Shown here one piece after another: positions 50,164 to 64,000 of a stretch of DNA of 64,000 bases. The stretch is from NCBI GenBank assembly GCA_951406725.2, contig OX597833.1:4216001-4280000 (forward strand). The letters are read 5' to 3'. Position 1 is the first letter of the stretch, and the number at the start of each line of letters is the position of its first letter. The translations under genes were made by a program, and so were the position numbers. This DNA is from Octopus vulgaris. Taxonomy: Eukaryota. The notes beneath the pieces were generated by a model. The model was not told where the DNA came from. It did no database searches and was given only the letters and a program-made list of their open reading frames with translations.

Positions 50164-51314
50164 TATGTGGGCACAGGATGTCATGAAACTTGTACAACAA
50201 AAAAGTACAAAGCACGAGTACGCGTTCGCCACCACAACCTCGTCTAGGCTTAGCAGCCCTTCCTGATTGTTTTCACTGTCCTGTTTGTGTTACCTATTTT
50301 GACCCTCCGCGAAATCCCAAATTTTATTTAGTTTGCTTTGCAGGAGCAACTGTTTCATTGAAAGCGTATATTGTTGTTAAATGTTCGAAATGTGAGACTA
50401 GGGAAACAGCCAGCAACTGATGAAGGGTCATTCTTTATGTTTGTTACACTCTGAGAATGTAATGGGTGCTCTTTAGGTGCCACTGGCACAGGAGCCAGTC
50501 AAGTGGAAATGGCATAGGTCACTCTTGAATGGTGCTTTTCACATGTCACTGGCATGGGTGCCTGTCAGGCGGCACTGGCATCGACATCGAGATACACAGA
50601 CAGACAGATCTACTTATCTATCTGTCTGTCTGTTTGTCTATAATGGTGTTAACAATCCGCTTAGAGGTGTGGGTTAATGAGATAAAATATGAATTGGTCA
50701 TTTGTTATGACTGGAAGTAACTGCAAACACTCAACGCACACACACACACACACACATCCACGCTGTCTGTTTCTTATTTTCTTTTTCTTTTTACTTGTTT
50801 CAGTCATTTGACTGCAGCCATGCTGGAGCACCGCCTTTGGTCGAGCAACTCGACCCTGGGATTATTCTTTTGTAAGCCCAGTACTTATTCTATCGGTCTC
50901 TTTTGCCGAACCGCTAAGTAACAGGGACGTAAACACACCAGCATCGGTTGTCAAGCAATGCTAGGGGGACAAACACGGACACACAAACATACACGCACAC
51001 ATGCGTATATATATATAAACATATATACGACAGGCTTCTTTCAGTTTCCGCCTACCAAATCCACTCACAAGGCTTTGGTCAGCCCAAGGCTATAGTAGAA
51101 GACACTTGCCCAAGGTGCCATGCAGTGGACTGAACCCGGAACCATGTGGTTGGTAAGCAAGCCACTTACCACACAGCCACTCCTGTCTGTTTCTTTTCTT
51201 TTAAATTTACTATTCTATTATTTTTTTTTATTCGACAGAATATGTCTTGTGGCTCTGCCATTTTCAACCCATTGCATTCTGACGATGATACTTATTCCGT
51301 TGTTCTTTTGCCAG

Positions 51315-51430
51315 GCATATGACTGTTGAGGAGAATGAGGAAGGCCCATTCACATGGAACTTACCACAGATGACACTCACTGCAGTAGGAAACCACTGGT
51401 TCCCCTCCCACCACTTTTCTTACAGCTAAG
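51315..51430 (+). pseudogene. Ig-receptor copy 2 candidate terminal exon
   Basis: Paralog of the exon at 19054; GCATATGA vs GTATTTGA at the start and a 1-nt indel further on. Confidence 0.4.
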
Positions 51431-54400
51431 ACACAATATTACCATGCGTCTAGAGAGGAGACCTATCTCTCTCTCTCTCTCTTTCCCATTCTTTCTCTCT
51501 ATCTATCTATCTAGCTATATGTGCAGGTGTCTATCTGTGTCGGTCACTACTTAGCTAACTCTCATCTTTATATATAAAACTAAAGTTGTGTGTGTGTGTG
51601 TCTGTCTACTCTGATTTAGATTCTTAACTACTCCCACATTTTGCGGTGCAGTTTAACCAAAAGCGGGTATCTTATAGTCGTGATTCATATCGAGCCCTTC
51701 TGGGTATTAGCGCACATCTACGATGAGTCTAAGATTTAAAAAAAAATTTACCATCATTTTTCTGCATTTTTAATGATTTTTGCTCGGGTTATATAAGGGA
51801 AGTAACTCTCTAAAAATACTTATATAGTTATTTCCCTTACAAACCCGAGCAACGCTGAGCAATACTGCTAAGTTGTTCTATAAACATAAGCTGTCTCTCT
51901 TCATGTCACACCCTGGTCTCTGTAGAATATTTCTTTCTTAACTGCTGCATTTCACATGTGGCTCCATGTGTATGTCTGTGTATCTGTGAACAGGGTGCAT
52001 CAGTTTTTTGAGGTTATTTCTATGAATTTATAAAAAGACACATAGCACCTCAACAAAACGCTATATTTGAAAACCAATTGGTACAAATAATCTTGAGAAT
52101 TGTTTAACCCTTTCGTTACCGTATTTATTTTGAGATGCTCTGTGTTTCTTTCAATTACTTTAAATATAACAAAGAATTTAGTAAAATAACTTACTTATCG
52201 TTCAGCCAGTGTTAGGAACATAAATTGTGACTAAAGTTTGGTGGAAGATTTTAATTCAAAACTTATGAAAACAAGACATTTGTATTACAGAGCCAGAGCT
52301 GGTTTCAGCCGGCTTGGTAACAAAGGGTTAAGCACACATATTTAGTCTGGAAGAACTTTCGGGGGAAGAACTTTGGTGTGTCTTCTTTTAACTAAAATCT
52401 TCCTCTAGCTCTGATGATGCACAAAATCAAATATATACCTTTTTCACCTGTAAGAAGAATGACTCAGGAAATAACCGTTCTTTCAATTACTTGATTAACC
52501 GACGAATTATTAAACTAATTAAGCATTTTGCTGCTCAAAGTCAATTGACTACACCAAGAGGCATCCCAATTAAAGAAATATTAAACTGCTTAGAATTTTG
52601 TAGACACAGGCATTGTCAGAATTTCTGGTCTCTGCTTTTTTTGCGTATTATGTTGGTTTTAGAAATAAAAACAGTTAAAAACGAATGCAAGAGTTTTGGT
52701 CTGTCAAGTGTTTCTCTTGTTTCAATGTTGTTTTACTTAATTCGTAGAAATGAAACAAAATATTAATTATTCTGAGCAAAGAGCAACAGTGGCTGTGTGG
52801 TAAGTAGCTTGCTAACCAACCACATGGTTCCGGGTTCAGTCCCACTGCGTGGCATCTTGGGCAAATGTCTTCTGCTATAGCCCCGGGCCGACCAATGCCA
52901 TGTGAGTGGATTTGGTGGACGGAAACTGAAAGAAGCCTGTCGTATATATGTATATAGGTGCAGGAGTGGCTGTGTGGTAAGTAGCTTGCTAACCAACCAC
53001 ATAGTTCCGGGTTCAGTCCCACTGTGTGGCATCTTGGGCAAGTGTCTTCTACTATAGCCTTGGGCCGACCAATGCCTTGTGAGTGGATTTGGTGGACGGA
53101 AACTGAAAGAAGCCTGTCGTATATATGTATATGTATATATGTGTGTGTGTTTGTGTGTCTGTGTTTGTCCCCCTAGCATTGCTTGACAACCGATGCTGGT
53201 GTGTTTACGTCCCCGTCACTTAGCGGTTCAGCAAAGAGACCGATAGAATAAGTACTAGGCTTACAAAGAATAAGTCCCGGGGTCGAGTTGCTCGACTAAA
53301 GGCGGTGCTCCAGCATGGCCGCAGTCAAATGACTGAAACAAGTAAAAGAGAGAGTAAAGAGATCAAGCACTGCTGTCACTATAATAATCATAGCTCTCTC
53401 TCTCTCTCTCTTCCTCCCTCTCTCTCTCCCTCCCACCCTCTCTCTCTCTCTCTCTCTCTCTCTACCTATCTATCTATCTTCTGGTTCAGTTTCTAAGTTT
53501 GCACCTTGATGTCCCTCTCCCAACTCACTTCCAACTTCTGTCTCCTTAAATTTCTGTGTATATACAGATGTTGGGGCCAGATTAAGACCCATAGACACTC
53601 TAAACCAGTGGTTTTCAACCAGGGTTCCGCCAGTACAGTCCAGGGGTTCCACAAGAAGTTACAAAACTGCTAAAATCGGCTGTAATTTTTAAGTCTCCTG
53701 TGCAGATATGTGTGCATAAGACTATTAAATTATTGCACGGGGGTTCCACGAGCCAGTGGAATGTTTCCTTGGGGTTCCGCTCCAGCAAAAAGTTTGAAAA
53801 GCATTGCTCTAAACATGTAAAAGCTTTCCATTCTCCCAAATATGTTTAATTAAAAATACAAACAATAATAAACCATAAATTTCTATTCTTCAAAATCAAA
53901 CAAATCGAACAGTAAGATGGAAAACTATGATTTATTTTGTATTCTTCCATTTTATGTTTCAAAAATGTTCTACTTTTTTTTAATTGTAATCTCTTTGATG
54001 AGATCCACACAGTGGCACCATGAACATTTCAAAATACTTAATTACATACATATATATTATTGTTGCATGTGATTATAATAAAGAGTTTGGATTGATATTA
54101 TTTGAGAAATATAGATATACTAGCAGTATCGCCTGGCGTGATCGGGTTTGTAAGGGAAATAACTACATAAACATTTTTAGAGAGTTACTTCCCTTGTTTC
54201 ACCCGAGCAAAAAATCATTAAAAATGTTGAAAAATGATGGTAAATTTTTTTTTTAATCGTAGACTCATCGTAGATGCGCGCTAATACCCAGAAGGGCTCG
54301 ATATGAATGACGACTATAAGATAGCCACTTTTGGTTAAACTGCACCGCAAAATGTGGGAGTAGTTAGGAATCTAAATTGGAGGAGACAGAGTCTCACACA

Positions 54401-55499
54401 CACAACTTCAATTTTATATATAAAGATATTTCAATAGTTTTAGATTCTACTTAATTATTTTGCCCGTTATAATTTTGCTGTTTTTTAATTTTTAATGTAA
54501 TTGATATCTAGTTGAATGGCTAACACTCACCTAATAATACATAAGCGTTTGAATTAATTGTTTCACAATCCAGCAATTCTTTCACAAGGAATTCCGTCTA
54601 TCTACCACACCAATGCCCTTATGTGACTTATATATAAGGGAACTGAATTGTTTATATATCAAAAAATGTATAAAGTCGAAACAAATTGTTGGCTTTTTTG
54701 GTTGTTTAAATAATTATGTTATATTATATTATATTCATAGTATATTATGTTATTTTATAAATAAATTGTTGGATTGTCAATTAATCTCTCTAATTTATTG
54801 TTTGTAATTTACATTGTACCCCTAATTCTGTGGTATTCAACCAATGTACCAGTGAATTGGGTGTTTTACACACCCCTTGAAGGAATTCTTTTCCTTTGTT
54901 TCTTGATATATATATATATATATAATTTATGAATAAATGAAAGAATGGAGTTGAACGACAAATGAACAAATTTCCTTTATTTTTGACATATGTTTCAAAG
55001 GCTGAATATTCCTAATTGTGAAGGAATAAGGAGTACATTATGCCGCTTTCTCATCAGGAAAAGCAAGGAATTTATGTCAACATCAAGATTCACAAAAACT
55101 TTTAGATGACTGCTCTCACGGAGTGCATAGCGATAATAAATGTCTCAGAAAAGTTTGAAGTGAGTTAATTTCTACAGGACAGCAACCACTTCCTGGATCA
55201 GGGTGGGTATAGATGCCATTTTGCAATGGAGGGTGTGTGTAAGTATGAGTGGGAGTGGGAGGGAATGTACTCGAGTGTGAAGTGTGTGTGTGTGTGTGTG
55301 TGTGTGTTTGCATATGTATGCTTACATAGCTACATTGGTACTGAAATACAATATTACCTGCTTTCACAAACATACACACAGACATATTCACACATAAATG
55401 AAATCTACCCCATAGATATATGAACATAAATGCATCCGTATATATATGTATGTGACTGTGTGTGTGTGCATTTTAAATCTATATCTGTTTATATAAACT

Positions 55500-55573
<74 letters not shown>

Positions 55574-55622
55574 AATAAATATATATATCTATAGATAATG
55601 TACATATGCATATATCTATATA

Positions 55623-55684
<62 letters not shown>

Positions 55685-55833
55685 TATTGAAATGGATAAA
55701 TGAATTATCTTGTTAAGGATTATTGAAAATTTAACCGATCCCGGGTAGCAAAAATCACAACAGAAAAAACACAGTTGAAGTTACGACCTTGGGGTGTCTC
55801 AACCGTGCCTTAGCGCGGATAATTGAAGTTCAA

Positions 55834-56716
55834 TATATTTAGTGAAGGGAAGAAATGGAGCTGAACGAAGATTCTACATAATTCCTTTTATTATTTTCTA
55901 CACATGTTTCCAAGGCCGCAAATTTCCAAATTCGGAATGAATAAGGAGACCATTTGCAGCATTCTCTTCAGGAAAATCCAGGAATTTAAAAATCCAAAAC
56001 AAATGCGCAGCAAGGTAGAACAAAGCGCTCCCTAGGAGCCCATGAAATCACAAAAATTTTGAAAAAATATTTGAATTAATTTTGCAAGGGGACATTACTC
56101 CCCTTTTAGCGTTCGGTCCGCTACTTTTTTAGAAGCGAGATCAAGAATTATGTTCTCCTGATTTGACAAGTTATCTCTTTACAAACTGACCATAGACGGA
56201 CACACAGACACGACCAACAAAATCAGCAGTTCTCTTTCCCTCTCCCCGCTGCTTGACAGACTCCCACACTTACACAGGCGTGCACACACATACATGTAGG
56301 CAGGGTCCCACACCTATATAAGATAGCCTTAATTCTTTAAACAATCTGAACATTAATTATACAGAATATATTCACACCATTTGGTTTTCAGTATTTCTCC
56401 CACTACCAGGTTTGACCGCTGTCTGAACCCGATTGATTCCAACGGACATTTTCGTCGGCCTCCACCACCACCCCCCGGACGTCAACGTACAGTGAGAGAC
56501 AGTTTTGTGATTTCATGGGCTCCTAGGGAGCGCTTTGTTCTACCTTGCTGCGCATTTGTTTTGGATTTTTAAATTCCTGGATTTTCCTGAAGAGAATGCT
56601 GCAAATGGTCTCCTTATTCATTCCGAATTTGGAAATTTGCGGCCTTGGAAACATGTGTAGAAAATAATAAAGGGAATTATGTAGAATCTTCGTTCAGCTC
56701 CATTTCTTCCCTTCAC

Positions 56717-56722
<6 letters not shown>
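55834..56722. repeat. Paralogous inverted-repeat cassette with reversed core; hammerhead-like motifs at 55893-55977 (-) and 56581-56665 (+)
   Basis: Same arms as 23079-23966; core 56056-56502 is the reverse complement of 23301-23746. Confidence 0.85.
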
Positions 56723-56752
<30 letters not shown>

Positions 56753-57220
56753 CAAAAAGAGAGAGAAAGAGGAAGAGTGAGAGAGAGATTTTTTTATTGT
56801 TGTGTGGAAATCTCTGATAAAACAAACATGCTTCAACTGTTGTCTGGATGGAATTTAAATCAAACTTATTTTATCAATAATATGTTCATTTCCCTGTCAA
56901 GACTTTGATCTTACCAACAGGAAACATAACATTTTCTATATGTGTGTGTGTGTGTGTGTGTGTGTAACGTATGTTTGTATGTGTGTATTTGACAGGGAAA
57001 TGAACATATTATTGATAAAATAAGTTTGATTTAAATTCCATCCAGACAACAGTTGAAGCATGTTTGTTTTATCAGAGATTTCCACACAACAATAAAAAAA
57101 AAATCTCTCACTCACTCTCCCTCTCCCTCTCTCTTTTTGCACACACATATATATATATATATATGCATACATAGATACATGCATATGTACATACATATAC
57201 ATATATATATATATATATAG

Positions 57221-57280
<60 letters not shown>

Positions 57281-57829
57281 TTATCTATACATAAATATAT
57301 TTATTTATACACACATACATATATATATAGTAGTTTATATAAACAGATATAGATTTAACATACACTCAAGCACACACACACACACAGACACATACATATA
57401 TATACGGACGCAATTATGTTCATATATCTATGGGGTAATTTCAGTTATGTGTGAATATGTCTGTGTGTATGTTTGTGAAAGCAAGTAATATTGTATTTCA
57501 GTACCAATGTAGCTATTTATGCATACATGTGCAAACACACACACACACACACTCCACACTCGAGTACATTCCCTCCCACTCACACTCATACTTACACTGA
57601 CCCTCCATTGCAAAATGGCGTCTATACCCACCCCGATCCAGTGATTGGTTGCTCTCCTGTAGAAAATAACTCACTTCAAACTTTTCTGGCACTTTTTTCT
57701 CCCCTCCATCTGCCCCACGATCGGATTATAATTTCTTAAAGTTTATAACATATTTTCTTTTACTTTTGCACATTTCCATTTGAATTATCTGAATCCAGCA
57801 AACTGATTAAGACGGATTAATTAACGAGG

Positions 57830-57890
57830 ATGAACTTTCTAATGGAGATTTCTTTACTTCTAACAAGTTTCTTGTTGTTGTTGCTGTTTG
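57830..57890 (+). CDS. Ig-receptor copy 3 exon 1, signal peptide
   Basis: Identical to the other copies, with GTAAGT donor. Confidence 0.75.
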
Positions 57891-58073
57891 GTAAGTATTT
57901 GGAATTGTCTTCAGAAAGTCTCGTCTCTCACCAATCTTCATCTTTTCCTCTCTTTATACCTCTCATAACAGCTTGCTGCTTGTCAGTCTGTCTGTCTCTT
58001 TGCATCTAAATATGAGGGTATTTATGTTGATTTTTATTACCCCCAAGGGGCCAAATATGTGGGTATGTATGTA

Positions 58074-59318
58074 TTAGGTTGTTTCACATGAAATGTCACG
58101 TTTTTAACTACTTGTTATTTCAGTCTTTTAAAAACTCAATTATGTATACCCTGCATTTAATCTTGACTCTTTTTCTTTCCCAACAATATTGGTTCACAAA
58201 ATTCATACCCACAGACCTCATGAAAAGGATAACAACCAAACTATGTTGAGTGATTTTCTCATCTGAGTACAAACTCATTCACTCTGCCGCAGAAGTTCTA
58301 CGGAATATCAAGTGGGTCTTTAGTAATGGAATTTTTTGATATCAGAATTGTTCAGAGATGGTTCCTAAATCTTGTTCAGGAGATGATAGCCTTGAAAATA
58401 AACCAAGGGGTAGGCCAAAATCAGTCATTCGGCATGATGGATTAAATGCTTTTGTTGAACAAAATCTAAGAACAAAGGTTTGAAAACTCTCATCAGAACA
58501 CCAAACATCTCACACAACTGTTTTTGGACCCCTGTAAAAAATGGGAAAAGTCTAGAAAACGAATAGGTTTGTTCCACATCAACTGAATGAGATTCAAAAA
58601 GCAAACGCCTTAAAGTGTGCTCCTTATTGCTTTCTTGACTGGAAAAGGACCGTTTCTGCATCAAATCATTTCTTGTGATGGGAAATGGATACTCTTTGAC
58701 AACAGCAGGAGAGGAGGTCAGTGGCCAGATGCAGGAGAGTCACCTAAACACTACCTATACCCACCATTGCACCCTAAAAAGTTAGTGGTCACTCTTTGGT
58801 GGTCTGTGAAGGGAGTTATTCATTATTCATTTTTGCAACAAGGAGAAACGGTAACAGCAGCATCGTATTGCCAGGAAATTGACTGTATGCATGAGAATTT
58901 GAAAAAGGAGTAACCCAGACTAGTGAAGAGAGATGGCCCAATTTTGCTCCACCATAATGCACGTCCTCAAACTACGATCCAAAAGTTGCAAAGCCTGAAT
59001 TATAAGATTTTGCAACATCCTCCCTATTCCTCTAATATCTCTCCTACTAATTATCACTTATTTAAGCATTTTGGGGCTTTTCATAAGCAATAAAACATTC
59101 TTAAATAAAGAAGAGGTAATTAAAGCACTCGGACAGTTTACCTCAGCAAAAGATGAATTTATTCTTTTAAATGATGGAATACATGACATGGAAAAAAGTT
59201 GGGTAAACGTCTTAAATGAACATGGATCATACTTTGATTAAATAAATCAGTTCTCTAACACTCGTGAAACATTTCATTGTTACCTTTCAAATGCGACATT
59301 TCGTGTGAAACAACCTAA
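58074..59318 (+). mobile_element. Full-length degenerate mariner paralog (intron 1, copy 3)
   Basis: Collinear with 25260-26502; same TIRs. Confidence 0.88.
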
Positions 59319-59507
59319 TATGCATGTATGTAGGTATGCATGTATGCAAGCTCTCTCCCTCTATCTATCTATAAAAGTGTGTGTGTGTGTGTGTGTGTGC
59401 GTGTGCTATATTTAAAATTAAAGTTTAGATAAGAGTTGTAATGTCTCAATCATTTAAAAAACGAATTATACACACACACTCACTCATACATATTAAAGAT
59501 ATATATA

Positions 59508-61049
59508 CCCTGCATCCTACATAATTAGGTGACTCAACCGTCTCTCAATAAATAAATGTATATTCGTTGCAAATCAATTATTTTCCCACTGACTTTTGGC
59601 CACACCTTTCTGTGCACATTCTGTTAAAATAAATCAGATCTGTGCAGACAAAAGGAAGCGGCGGCTATTATCGTGTCCCAGCAAAATGTCTTCTGTCCCA
59701 AATTACACGACAGGTGCCCAATTTATGTGTGATTAGGGGTTAGAAACGTGATCTTACCTCGAATGAGAAGTCTAACATCATGTCAGAGCTGGGAAAAGGA
59801 AAAACAACCATAGAAATATCAAAAATAGTGGCAAAAGATCACTGAACTGTGAAGGAATTTGTGCAGTCTCCTATTTCTGTTTGGTCGTGGGCAGATAATG
59901 TTAAGTTGAGAGCTGCTTCAAATCATACTTTGTCACATGAGAAAAGTGAAGATGTGCGGAACTCAGGTCTGACAAGTAGAGAAGTCTTCAAATGCTGTGG
60001 CAGGGAAGATGTATCAAAAACTACCAGGTGTCGCTTCTTGAAGCAGGTAACCAGGAATGTTAAACCTGTTGCCAAGCTCCTTCTGAAGGCTGTTCATAAG
60101 CAGAAGAGACAGGAATGGACAGAAGAATATATGAAGATAGATTTAGCAACAGTTCTGTTCACTGACAAATTCTGTGCTACCCTTGACGAACCAGATGGCT
60201 GGAGTAAAGGTTGCGTATCAATCAGAGGGAACCATCCTCATAGCTTGAGACGACAACAGGGGAGATGTGGGGTCATGTTTTGGGTTGGCATTGTTTGTGG
60301 TGTGATGGTCAGACCATGGAAAGTCCCAGATGGTATTAAGATGACATTGAAAACGTATGTTACCATCTTAAGGACAATTTCCAACCGTGGTTCCAAATAC
60401 AAGAACTTTTCTTCAAGAAAAAGCTGGTCTTTATGCAATATAATGCCTCATCTTATGCAGCCCAAAATTCTAAGGAATACCTGCAGCTTTTAGGGTTTTC
60501 TTAAGGTCGTTTGACTTAAACCCAATTGAGAACCTGTAGAGTGTCCTGAAGAGGCACATTTACCAAGATGGACGGCAGTTTTCAAGTAAAGTTGCCCTCT
60601 GGGATGCTATTGTAGATGCTGCTCAGATCATGACACAAGAAGATATCATCACCTTGACAAATTCAATGGATCAGCGCGTAAGGAAGGTTATTGCATGTGG
60701 AGGGCCATACACGAAACACTAGGAGCTGTATCATAACGCTGTGACTATTTTAATGCCAATGTATTATTATGTTTACCATTAAGTCCTTTAATATTGAATT
60801 AATTAAATGACTTTTCTGACACAATTATCATTTTTATTATACTTGCCTAGTAATTTGTGACGGTGAAAATCTTGCCCAATCACAAAAACGGCTGCCGTTT
60901 GTTGGTGTCTGCACAGATCTGATTTATTCTAACAGAACGTGCACAGAGAGGTGTTGCCAAGGGTCAATGGAAAAACAACAAGTTTTAGAATGAATATGGA
61001 TTCATTTATTAGGAGAAGGTTCATTTGTCTAATAATGTTGGACACAGTG
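59508..61049 (+). mobile_element. Tc1-like transposon paralog (intron 1, copy 3)
   Basis: Collinear with 8070-9611; ORF 59849-60493. Confidence 0.85.
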
Positions 61050-62235
61050 TATATACATACATATATAAAAAAAAACATTCAAACACTGAGATTTGAAATC
61101 AGATGTCACCAGCAGTGACATAGGTGGATCGCAGGCGCAATAGCATTAAATAGCTATGAATTATTTATTTGCACGAAGTGTAATGATGCTTAACAAGCAT
61201 CTACCTGCTAGAAATAAGAGCTAAAGTCTTAAATTAATCCACCGTACAGCATCAAGATAACAGAGAAATATATATATATCTATATATACACGCACACATA
61301 TATATACAGAAACACATATATATATTACTTTTTTTTTACTTGCTGCAATCATTTGACTGTAGCCATGCTGGAGCACCACCTTTAGATGGACATGTTAACT
61401 CCAGGAATTATTGTTTGTAAGCCAAGTACTTATTCTATTGGTCTCTTTTGCCAAACCACTAAGTGGCGGGTCATAAACACACCAACATCGGTTGTCAAGC
61501 GATGGTGGGAGGATAAACACAGATATAAATAACAAACACATACATACTTATATATACAACAGGCTTCTTTCAGTTTCCGGCTATCATGTCCACTCACAAG
61601 GCTTTCGTTGGCCTGAGTCTCTAGCAAAAGACACTTGCCCAAGGTTCCACGTAGTGGGACTGAACCCGGAATCTTGTGGTTCGGAAGCAAGCGTTTTATC
61701 ACACAGCCGCTCCTGTGCTTATATATATATACACACATATATACACACACAAACACACACATATACACATATGTATATACACAGACACAGTCACACACAC
61801 ACATATATATATACACATACACTCACACACATACATAAATGTATATATCAATATATGCTCCTCCAGTACTCCGTCGGTTACGAAGACAAGGGTTCCAGTT
61901 GACCCAATCAACCGAACAGACTGCTCATGAAATTAACGTGCAAGTGGCAGAGTACACCACAGACTCGTGTACCCTTAACATATTCTCAGGGAGATTCAGC
62001 GTGACACGGATTGTGACAAGGTGACCCTTTGAAATACAGGTACAAGAGAAACAGGAAGAAAGAGTGAGAGTAAGCTGTGGTGATGATGTACAGCAGGGTT
62101 CACCACCTGCCCCTACCCGGAGCTTCGTGGAGCCTAAAATATTTACACTCAATAAACACTCATAACGCCCGGTCTGGGAATCGAAACCGCAAATCCACTG
62201 GCCTAACCACTGAGCCATTGCTCCTCCACATATAA

Positions 62236-62273
<38 letters not shown>

Positions 62274-62301
62274 GCACACGCTCATATATATATATATATA
62301 T

Positions 62302-62346
<45 letters not shown>

Positions 62347-62859
62347 AATACAGAGAAAAAGGGAGTGAGAGGAAGATAGATGGTTACATGTACCCATACA
62401 TATTTGTATATAAGGGCACAGGGGTGGCTGTATGGAAAGAAGTTTACTTTCCAACCACATGGTTCTAAGTTCAGTCCCACTGCATGGCACTAATGGGCAA
62501 ATGTCCTCTCCTATAGCCTTGAGCTGACTGAAACCTTGTGAGGGGATTTGGTTGGCAGGAACTGAATGAAGCCCATTGTGTATGTGTGTGTGTGTGTGGC
62601 TTTGTGTCTGTGTTAGTTCACCATACCACTTGGCAACCGGTGTTGGTTTGTCTACATCTCCATAGCTTAGCAGATTGGCAAAAAGAGAGCGGTGAAATAA
62701 GTATGAGTCTTAAAAAATGCACTGGGATCAATTCATTGAACTAAAAGCTGTTCAAGTTGGTGCCCCAGCATGGCCACAGTCTAATGAATGCAAGAAGTAA
62801 AAAAAAAAAGTAGCCAGACATTCATGTTTATTAATCTTTCTGTCTTTCTATCATTTCAG

Positions 62860-63195
62860 GTGTTCCAGTTGTGAAATCTCAAACAGTGACATTCTCCATC
62901 TCTTCTTCTGCCAAAATTGGTGATTCTGCTCAGTTCTTCTGCAATGCCACCACCACAGTAATTCAGTACGATGCTAATTTCATGCATAATGACATCTGGA
63001 TTGCTGTAGCCATAGTTCCTGGTGTTTCAGGTCAAAGTGATCCCAATACTTCAGTCACTGGCTCAGCCACTGAGTCCTACTATAAGTATACAATCAGTTC
63101 TTTGTCTTGTTCTGACCGAGGGAATTACAGGTGTGAGGTGGTGAAAGAAGTTGGTTATGTATTGAAGAGTAACAGTGAGACACTTGATGTTCTGG
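62860..63195 (+). CDS. Ig-receptor copy 3 exon 2, Ig1
   Basis: 336 nt, TTTCAG| and |GTAAG; both canonical Cys and DRGNYRC retained; loops strongly divergent from copies 1 and 2. Confidence 0.88.
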
Positions 63196-63372
63196 GTAAG
63201 GATTACCTCTATCTACTCTCCCTTTTACTCCCCCTTTCTCTCTCTCCATTCTATCCCCGTCCTCCCCTCTCTCTCTCACATACAATGAAATTGTTGATGA
63301 TCCTTAACTTCCCTCACAATATTTATTGTATTTTAAATGTCCCTTTTTGTTCCCTTTTCTTTTTTCCTACAG

Positions 63373-63654
63373 GTCCAGCTGGAACTCCCGATCTGACGGC
63401 TCCTTCTGATAACCAAATTCTCAATGACAATGTCACCGTTTCTTGCGAGAGTAACGTTGGAAGTCCTGCACAGGAATTACACCTTTGTGTTGGCAATACC
63501 TGCGCTAAACCAAACCCAGCAGTTAAACAGGTCGATCAGTGCATTTTCACACAAACTGCAAGCCTAACATTTCAAGTCACCAAGACAACCAAGACGGCTA
63601 CATGTAGAGTGGGGTCAAGTTCTTTGGAAGATAAACAAACCTGGGAAGTTGACT
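63373..63654 (+). CDS. Ig-receptor copy 3 exon 3, Ig2 (intact); gene continues beyond the window
   Basis: 282 nt, phase 1-1, open frame GPAGTPDLT...QTWEVD|GTAAGT. Confidence 0.88.
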
Positions 63655-64000
63655 GTAAGTTGTCTGTTTTTCTTCTCTGTTGCTATTATTATTTCTTCAG
63701 AAATCACAGAAAACATGGTGAGTTGGTTGGATTCTGTGTAAAGAATGGATGGGAGGCAATGTGCCTTCCTCCAGAGATTGGCGTTTGGAGATTGATTGGA
63801 ACCAGTGGTCACTCAATGCTCAAGATTCTTGGATTAGGTGTGAAGGTGTGAAATGATGTTGCCAGAAAATTCTTGGAAGATTCTCACAAAGCAAGTCATT
63901 ACATCTGGGTTGAGAGAGGAGATGAGTGATGCAGCTAGAATGAGCATGGGAGACAGGATAGAAACATCTTGCCCAGGATCTCAATATCATGTAGTTTGTT

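Noticed and set aside
62871-63851. Single 326-aa intronless CDS
   Set aside because: It runs through two introns defined by conserved GT-AG sites; the paralogs break frame or stop within the first of them.

Overview
AT-rich, microsatellite- and transposon-dense animal genomic DNA. The SINE/RTE-tail repertoire looks like an octopus (cephalopod) genome; that is an inference. Most listed ORFs are microsatellite or TE noise. The real content is a locally duplicated cluster of an intron-containing gene encoding a type I membrane protein, which I reconstructed by hand from GT-AG exons that join in phase 1: signal peptide, V-like Ig1, C2-like Ig2, Ig3, P/S/T-rich stalk, TM helix and cytoplasmic tail. 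There are three tandem + strand copies (exon 1 at 7535, 25015 and 57830) and the first exon of a fourth, head-to-head copy on the - strand (571-511). The copies are almost identical in introns, shared TEs, signal peptide, stalk and TM. The N-terminal Ig1 exon, by contrast, is strongly diversified by replacement changes clustered in predicted loops (copy 1 vs 3: 28 replacement vs 3 silent-only codons; copy 1 vs 2: 14 vs 0). This suggests a rapidly diversifying recognition receptor family (immune, allorecognition or cell-identity). Copy 1 has a 1-nt frameshift, copy 2 is disrupted by LINE insertions, and copy 3 is intact as far as the window goes. Secondary signals: Penelope-type minimal hammerhead ribozyme motifs, an inverted-repeat-flanked core that is flipped between two gene copies, a head-to-tail Helitron dimer carrying a mariner fragment, a Tx1-like LINE inside a (GATA)n tract, and a tRNA-Glu/RTE-tail chimera.
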